Shown here one piece after another: positions 57,847-64,000 of a stretch of DNA of 64,000 bases (the stretch's first letter is position 1; each line of letters opens with the position of its first letter). Origin of the DNA: an uncultured beta proteobacterium (lineage in GTDB: Bacteria > Pseudomonadota > Gammaproteobacteria > Burkholderiales > SG8-41); NCBI GenBank assembly GCA_963828715.1, contig CAWHFX010000017.1, forward strand, positions 59,578 to 123,577, in the 5' to 3' direction. The notes beneath the pieces were generated by a model. That model was not told where the DNA came from, did not search any database, and saw nothing but the letters and a program-made list of their open reading frames with translations. The position numbers were made by a program, and so were the translations under genes.

Positions 57847-60795
57847 GTGACGCAGTCAACCCAAGCACCGGTGGATGCGGCAATGTCCTTCCCGGCGGCC
57901 GATGTGGGCGACAGCCCAGCGCCGAAACGCAACTTCGCTGCGCGGCTCTTTGGCTACGACCTGTTCATCTCGTTTGCGCTCGGCCCGGCGCCGCGCGGCA
58001 GCCTCAGCTATGCGTCTGACCTGGCGCGCCGGCTGCGGGAGCGCGACTTCAGCGTGTTTTTCAGCGAAGACGAAGCGCCACCCGGCGAACGTCTGGACAG
58101 CACCTTGCTCAAGGCGTTACACAGCTCGCGGCTGCTCGTGGTCATTGCCAACCGCGGCACGCTGGAACAGCCGCGCTGGGTGCGCAAGGAGGTTGAAGAG
58201 TTCCGGCGCCGCCATCCTGGCCGGCCCATCATTCCCATCAGTGTTGGCGGCGCCCTCCAGGACCCGGCGCTGGCAGCCGCTGCGCAGGAGTGGCTCGTCT
58301 TCCAGGACAAGATCTGGCTTGACGAGTGCACCGAAGCGGCCAGTGACGGCATTGCCAGCAAGGCGGTACTCGAACGCCTGGCTATGGCGCCGACCCGCGT
58401 GCGCGCGAACGTGTGGTGGCGCTGGCTGGTACGCGGGGTGATGGCGGTCCTGGCCACGCTGGCGGTCGCCCTGGGTGTCGCGGCCAAGGTGGCCGCCGAC
58501 AGCGCCGAACGCGCGCGAGACGAGTTGCGCCGCGCGGTCTCACTTCGCCTCATCGGCGAGGCGCCGGCCATGCTCGACGGCGCGAGAGCCGGCGGCGACG
58601 AGCAGACGCTGCAGCAGGTGCTGGTGGCGCAGCGGTTGGCGGGGCCGTCGGCCGAGGCGGACCGCGCGCTCCTCTCCACTCTGAAGGCCGTGCCGCACTT
58701 GAGCAAGGCAGTCAACACCGGCCTGCGCATCGGCGACGTGGCTTTCAGCCGTGACGGCACGCACGTGGTGTCCGGCGCCAGCGACGGCTCGCTGCAGGTT
58801 TGGGACGCTTCAACGCTGCAGGCGCTGGGCGCGGCGCTCAAGTCCACGCAGAATGACATCTCGACCCTTTCGCTCAGTGCCGACGGCAAGACCCTGGTTG
58901 CCGGCAGCTCGGACGGCACGCTACAGCTGTGGGATCTGGTCACCCGCAAGCCGCTGGGCGAAGCGATGAAGGCGCACAAGAACGAAGCGCCGCCCTGGTC
59001 AGACTTTGGCGTGCAGACGGTTGCCATCAGCCCGGATGGCCGCCGTGCCGCATCGGCCGGCTGGGACTGGACACTCAAGTTGTGGGACACCAAGGCCGCG
59101 AAACTGGAAGGCAAGCCCCTCATGGAAGCGGAGGGGTTTGTCAATCGGGCGATCGCGTTCAACGCCGACGGCTCGCGCATCACGGCAGCCGGGAACGAAC
59201 TGGTGCTTCGCCTGTGGAACGCCGACACGCGCGAACTGCTGGCGACGCTCGACTTGCGAAAGGCGTTCCAGGGTGATGACGATGTGGCCGGCCTGGCCTT
59301 CAGTCCGGCGGGCACCGACGGGTTTGCCATCGTTGCCGGCACCGAACACAAAGGGGTGTGGCTCTGGAATGCCAAGACCGGCCAGCGCCGCTTGCTGGAA
59401 GGCACGCCGTCGGGCAAGGTAACCCGCGTGACCTTCAGCGCCGACGGACTGCGGGTGCTGGCGTCGACCGAAAGCGGCAGGGTGCAGGTGTGGAATGCGG
59501 CCACCGGCAAGCCGGTCGGCGCACTGCAGGCCGGGGCCGACGGATCGCTTACCGCGGTGGACTTCAGCCTGGACGGCGGTACCGTCGTATCCGGCGATCA
59601 GGACGGCAGACTGCGGCTGTGGGACATCGCGGGCCGACATTCGTTGCTGGCGGTGCTGAAGCCTGGCCACGAGGACGAACGCAACCTCGTCTTCGGCACC
59701 AACGGTGCGTTGCTCGCCGTTGGCAACACCGCGGGCAAGGTGGAACTGCGCAGCATGGAGGGCGGGCATGTGGTCCGTGCCCTGCCGGGCGCAGCGGCAC
59801 GGGACGCCAACCTCGTGGCGCTCAGCGCCGACGGGATGAGGCTGGTCACGACCAGCATGCCCGCAATCCGGTCTCCGAATGCCACCGGTAACACCCCGGC
59901 CCGCGAAGCTGGCGACGAGGCCACGCTGAGCTCAGGCGCATTCATGCAGCTGTGGAACACCGAGACCGGCTACCCCATCGGCGAACCCGTGAAGGCCCAG
60001 CACCGCCGGATCTTCAATGGCGCTGCCTTCCGGTTCGACGGCGCGCGATTCGTCACCTATGAACAGGAGGGCGACACACCGGGAGACTACACACAGGTCG
60101 ACGGACGGCTTCAGGTGTGGGATGCCAACACCGGCCAAGCGATCGGCGAGCCGCTGACAGGCCACCGAGGCGGCATACGGCATGCGGCGTTCGATCCGCA
60201 AGGCACGACGCTCGTCTCGGCCGGCGCGGACGGCACGCTGCGGCTTTGGGACGCCGAGCGCCAGCTGTCGCTACCAGCGCCCGCCATGTTGCATGAAGAC
60301 GTCGCGGTGGTCGCGTTCAGCCTTGACGGGCGCCAGATCGTCTCGGGCGCCGACAACGGCAGCGTGAAGGTTTGGGACGTGAACGCCGGCGCCAAGGCGG
60401 ACGTGTCGGCCTCCGGCAAGGCACGCCCCAGGCTCGATGTGAAGTTCAGCGAGACTCAGATCTGGGCCGTGGCCTTCAGCCCCGACGGTGCGCGCGTCTT
60501 CGCCAGTGGCAGCGACGGGGTGCGGCTGTGGAATGCGCATAGCGGCCACCTTATCGGCAGCCTTCCGCGCTCGGCGCAGCACGGGCCGGTGTTTGGTCTG
60601 GCGTTCAATCCTCAAGGCACGATGCTCGGCTACACCAAAGCCGGCTTCGTGATTCAGTGGGCGCAGGCCGCCGTGTGGGCTGAGCTACTGTGTGCCAGGC
60701 TCACGCGCAACATGGGTCGCCAGGCATGGAAGGAACTGGTATCGCCGGAGATCGACTATCAAGTCCAGTGCCCCAGCCTGCCGGCTACCCCTTAG
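57847..60795 (+). CDS. TIR domain - hydrophobic helix - WD40 repeat protein
   Basis: YDLFISF...F....PGE......L..S..LVV.......WVRKEV (TIR); WLVRGVMAVLATLAVALGVAA; 14 WD-type blades; start uncertain (57640, 57847 or 57883). Confidence 0.9.
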   Translation: MTQSTQAPVDAAMSFPAADVGDSPAPKRNFAARLFGYDLFISFALGPAPRGSLSYASDLARRLRERDFSVFFSEDEAPPGERLDSTLLKALHSSRLLVVIANRGTLEQPRWVRKEVEEFRRRHPGRPIIPISVGGALQDPALAAAAQEWLVFQDKIWLDECTEAASDGIASKAVLERLAMAPTRVRANVWWRWLVRGVMAVLATLAVALGVAAKVAADSAERARDELRRAVSLRLIGEAPAMLDGARAGGDEQTLQQVLVAQRLAGPSAEADRALLSTLKAVPHLSKAVNTGLRIGDVAFSRDGTHVVSGASDGSLQVWDASTLQALGAALKSTQNDISTLSLSADGKTLVAGSSDGTLQLWDLVTRKPLGEAMKAHKNEAPPWSDFGVQTVAISPDGRRAASAGWDWTLKLWDTKAAKLEGKPLMEAEGFVNRAIAFNADGSRITAAGNELVLRLWNADTRELLATLDLRKAFQGDDDVAGLAFSPAGTDGFAIVAGTEHKGVWLWNAKTGQRRLLEGTPSGKVTRVTFSADGLRVLASTESGRVQVWNAATGKPVGALQAGADGSLTAVDFSLDGGTVVSGDQDGRLRLWDIAGRHSLLAVLKPGHEDERNLVFGTNGALLAVGNTAGKVELRSMEGGHVVRALPGAAARDANLVALSADGMRLVTTSMPAIRSPNATGNTPAREAGDEATLSSGAFMQLWNTETGYPIGEPVKAQHRRIFNGAAFRFDGARFVTYEQEGDTPGDYTQVDGRLQVWDANTGQAIGEPLTGHRGGIRHAAFDPQGTTLVSAGADGTLRLWDAERQLSLPAPAMLHEDVAVVAFSLDGRQIVSGADNGSVKVWDVNAGAKADVSASGKARPRLDVKFSETQIWAVAFSPDGARVFASGSDGVRLWNAHSGHLIGSLPRSAQHGPVFGLAFNPQGTMLGYTKAGFVIQWAQAAVWAELLCARLTRNMGRQAWKELVSPEIDYQVQCPSLPATP

Positions 60796-60819
60796 CGGTC
60801 GAATACCATTTAGGACAAA

Positions 60820-61845
60820 TCATTCGCCCTTGATGCCGGCTTCCTTCACCACGCGCGCCCACTTCGGGACTTCACGTTTCAGATGTGCTTCGAAGGCTTC
60901 GGGGCTGCTGCCTGCAGCGTCGAGGCCCTGCCGACTCATCTGTTCGACGGTGTCGGGAAGTCGCAGTGCGTTCAGGAGCGCTGTATTGAGCCTGACGACA
61001 CGGACGCGCGGCGTACGGGCCGGGAACACGAGACCGTACCATGCGGTTACCTCGAATCCTGGATAACCAAGCTCCGCGATCGTTGGGATCTCGGGTGCGA
61101 TGGTAGTGCGCGTCGCGCCGGTCACCCCGAGTGCGACGAGCTTGCCCGCCTTCACCTGCGGCAGCGTCGCCGGAATGCTCGCGACCAGCAGGTGCGCTTC
61201 TCCCGTGATCACAGCGGTGGCTGCGGGGGCGCCGCCCTTGTATGCAACGTGCACGAGATCGATGCCTGTCGCCTGCTTGAGCAATTCCGCCCCGAGATGT
61301 GAAGGTGAGCCGCTGCCGGCCGTGGAGTAGTTCAACTGCGCCGGACGCGCTTTCGCGTAGGCGACGAACTCCTTGAGCGTTCGCGGTATCGAGGGATGGG
61401 TTACAACGATGTACTGCGATGTGGCAACCAGGCCTACCGGCGCGAAGTCGCCGATGGGATCGTACGGAACGCGCTGGATCGCCGGGCTGAATGCGAGATT
61501 GCCGTTGAAGCCGAGCAGCATCGTGGACCCGTCGGGCGACGCGCGCGCGGCGATCTCGGTGGCGATGATGCCGCCTCCGCCCGCGCGGTTGTCTACGATG
61601 ATCTGCTGGCCCATGGAATCCGTGAGCTTCTGGGCCAAAATGCGCGCCAGCGCGTCGCTCGCGCCGCCCGGCGGATTGGGAACGAGAAATCGAATCGGCT
61701 GTCCCGATCCGTTCGCGGCATCGGCACCCGTGGCGGTGCCCGCCATCAGCAGAGCCGCGAGCACCAGCGCGGCAGCACACCGTCTTCTGCTCCGTACGCC
61801 GACGAGACCCAACCCAAAGGCGGGGGCCATCCCGATCAGCCGCAT
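60820..61845 (-). CDS. Bug/TctC substrate-binding protein
   Basis: PIRFLVP.PPGG.SD, DNRAG.GG, HVAYKGG. Confidence 0.9.
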   Translation of the reverse strand: MRLIGMAPAFGLGLVGVRSRRRCAAALVLAALLMAGTATGADAANGSGQPIRFLVPNPPGGASDALARILAQKLTDSMGQQIIVDNRAGGGGIIATEIAARASPDGSTMLLGFNGNLAFSPAIQRVPYDPIGDFAPVGLVATSQYIVVTHPSIPRTLKEFVAYAKARPAQLNYSTAGSGSPSHLGAELLKQATGIDLVHVAYKGGAPAATAVITGEAHLLVASIPATLPQVKAGKLVALGVTGATRTTIAPEIPTIAELGYPGFEVTAWYGLVFPARTPRVRVVRLNTALLNALRLPDTVEQMSRQGLDAAGSSPEAFEAHLKREVPKWARVVKEAGIKGE

Positions 61846-62573
61846 TGCTCCACGAACGGCGCGGTGAGGTCGGACAGCCGCACCCTCTGCTTGCCCTCCG
61901 CGTCGAAGTTGTCAGGATGTAGCCATTGCTCGAATGCGGGCTGCAGCCGCGGCCAGTCGCGATCGAGTATCGAGAACCACGTCGTATCGCGGTTGCGTCC
62001 CCGCCACAGCACGGCCTGGCGGAACAGGCCCTCGTAGCAAAATCCCAGTCGTGTCGCGGCCGCACGCGATGGCGCGTTGAGCGAGTTGCACTTCCATTCG
62101 TAACGCCGATAGCCCGAGTCGAACGCGTGCTTCATCATGAGATACATCGCCTCGGTCGCGGCGCGCGTACGCTGGAGCAGCGGTGAAAACGCGAGATGCC
62201 CCACTTCGATCACGCCGTTCTGCACGTCGATACGCAGATAGCTTGCAACGCCGACGGCTTTACTCGTGTCCCGATCGACGATCGCATAGAAGAGCGGATC
62301 TTCACTGCGCGCGAATTTCTCGGCCCACTCGCGGTATGCGTCGAGTGTTTGAAACGGGCCGTAGGACAGATAGGTCCACATGCGGCCTTCGCGGTCGAGC
62401 GCGTTCACTTCGAACAGCGCTTCAGCATGCTTTTCGACGCTCAGACGCTCGACGCGGCAGTAGCGGCCGTTCAGCGGTTCGCGTGTGGGCGGCTGCGCGG
62501 GTTTCCAGTTCGGCACCGGCAAGCCGACAGGCTGGCCGAGATGGTTGAGTTCCGATTCGCTTGGCGTTGTCAT
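61836..62573 (-). CDS. GNAT N-acetyltransferase (RimJ/RimL-like)
   Basis: WTYL.YGPF, G.IEVG, LQRT.AATEA.YL, GYRR.EWKC..LN.PS..AA.RLGF, RNRDT.W.S. Confidence 0.93.
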   Translation of the reverse strand: MTTPSESELNHLGQPVGLPVPNWKPAQPPTREPLNGRYCRVERLSVEKHAEALFEVNALDREGRMWTYLSYGPFQTLDAYREWAEKFARSEDPLFYAIVDRDTSKAVGVASYLRIDVQNGVIEVGHLAFSPLLQRTRAATEAMYLMMKHAFDSGYRRYEWKCNSLNAPSRAAATRLGFCYEGLFRQAVLWRGRNRDTTWFSILDRDWPRLQPAFEQWLHPDNFDAEGKQRVRLSDLTAPFVEQCG

Positions 62574-62599
62574 TGCTGCCCTTTATCCCGGCTTCCTCC

Positions 62600-62694
62600 G
62601 CCGCCCTAACCCTCGCACTCTCGGACGAGAGTTCTAAATTTCGCTTGAATGTCACTTCGCGGCGGACACGCTGTCCCAGCGGCCGCCGCTCACC
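62600..62694 (-). repeat. 95-bp element, single full copy
   Basis: Reverse complement GGTGAGCGGCGGCCGCTGGGACAGCGTGTCCGCCGCGAAGTGACATTC...TTAGAACTCTCGTCCGAGAGTGCGAGGG. Confidence 0.9.
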
Positions 62695-62721
62695 GGAACG
62701 CGGCAGTTCTGTCGACCGCGT

Positions 62722-63694
62722 TCACTGCACCTTCATGCCGATCTGCTTGATCAGCTTCCCGAGCTCGGCGTACTCGTCACGCTGAAGTCTGGCGAACTCT
62801 TCCGGCGTGCTCGGCCGGGGCTCGGCTCCCGCGCGAATGATCTTCTCGCGCGTGGAGGGCTCCTTCAGGTACCTTGACCGTGTCTGCATTCAGTCGGGTG
62901 ATGAGCTGGCGCGGCAACGCGCGCGGGGCGACCATGCCGAACCACGATTCCGAGATGTACTCGGGGAATCCCGCTTCAGCACTCGTCGGCAGCTCGGGAA
63001 GCGCCTCGGCCCGCCTGGGCGAAGCAACCGCAAGCGCGCGGAACTGCCCGGCGCGAATGCCGCCCACGATCGCCGGCAGCGGATAGATGTAATACTGGAT
63101 CGCGCCCGAAAGCAGCGCGCTGCGACTGTCGCCGCCGGCCCGAAACGGAACGTGGACGACGTCGATTTTCGCCTTGGATGCGAACAGGGCGCCTGCCAGA
63201 TGAGACGAGCTTCCCACGCCGGCAGAGCCATAGTTGAGCGCCCCCGGCTTTGCTCTTGCGAGTTTGATGAGCTCCGGGATCGTCTTTGCTTCGACGCCTT
63301 TGCCGAGAACGATCACGTTGGGTGTGACGCCGACGAGGCCAACCGATGCGAAATCGTTCAGCGGATCGTACGGTTTAGGGTCGCGCATCAGCACGTTCGA
63401 GAGATGGGGCTGGCCCACCATTCCGAACGTGTAGCCGTCCGGCGCCGAGCTGCGTATGAGCTCGCTGCCGATCAGGCCGCCCGCGCCAGGTCGATTGTCG
63501 ACGACCAACTGCTGGCCATAGATGTGTGAAAGCCGCTCGCCGAGTATTCGGCTGAGCGCATCGCTCGCCGCCGTGTTGGGGAACGGAACGATCATACGGA
63601 TCGGCTTGCTGGGCCACTTATCCTGAGCGATGGCGAGGCCACACGTGGCCGCGACTACGATGCACCCGGCGATGCAGCGGCGAAAGGTTCTCAC
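62722..63694 (-). CDS. Bug/TctC substrate-binding protein, frameshifted at ~62868
   Basis: WPSKPIRMIVPF, DNRPGAGG, APDGYT; GGAGG RBS before GTG; removing one base restores VKVLKEP... Confidence 0.88.
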
Positions 63695-63743
63695 CGATTT
63701 TCCTCCTGCAAGTTCTCTAATGATTGCGAGACCAACGGCGCCG

Positions 63744-64000
63744 CTAATCCAGCCGAATGTTTGCCGCGCGTGCGACCCTGGTATAGCGATCACCATCGCT
63801 TTTCAGCAACGCGGAGAACTGCTCCGGCGTGCCCGGCGCCGCATTCAGACCCTGACCACGCATGTTCTCGCGCACTTCGGGCGTGTTCAGGATTCTGACA
63901 ATCTCCGCGTTGAGCTTGTTCACGATGTTTGTCGGCGTGCCAGAGTGGACGACATAGCCGGCCCAGTTGACGGCCTCGATCTCCGGATAACCGACTTCGC
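63744..64000 (-). CDS. Bug/TctC substrate-binding protein, C-terminal part
   Basis: EVGYP.....W.G......TP..IV.KLNAEI..IL..PEVR......TPEQF...ANIRLD*. Confidence 0.85.
   Translation of the reverse strand, partial: EVGYPEIEAVNWAGYVVHSGTPTNIVNKLNAEIVRILNTPEVRENMRGQGLNAAPGTPEQFSALLKSDGDRYTRVARAANIRLD

Noticed and set aside
57847-60795. Calling the TIR-WD40 protein an NLR/Avs STAND protein or a Thoeris system
   Set aside because: No P-loop NTPase between TIR and WD40, and no ThsA-like partner nearby.

Overview
High-GC bacterial chromosome segment. It is most consistent with an uncultured Betaproteobacterium (Burkholderiales-like), judging from the very large number of orphan Bug/TctC solute-binding genes. 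About 62 genes are present: 15 Bug/TctC paralogues with no TctA/TctB permease, interleaved with catabolic enzymes (amidases, TfdA-like and LigB-like dioxygenases, PxpBC, GMC oxidoreductase, acyl-CoA and Zn-dependent dehydrogenases, phosphoketolase), plus a GGEEF-hemerythrin protein and stress genes. I found no rRNA, tRNA, CRISPR array or transposase. Signals that the gene list does not explain: (1) a ~95-bp intergenic element with compensatory base changes, 11 full or partial units at 6 loci, including head-to-tail arrays placed just after stop codons; (2) a TIR - hydrophobic helix - 14xWD40 gene with no NTPase, sitting where an amidase gene is cut off and bounded by inverted repeats; (3) frameshifts that cluster at GTAC, suggesting long-read errors at a modified DNA motif; (4) a REP-like palindrome read in-frame inside pxpC; (5) an AT-richer island ending in an attC-like site; (6) an ackA gene collapsed to 55 codons upstream of xfp. 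All calls come from reading the sequence by eye; no database searches were run.
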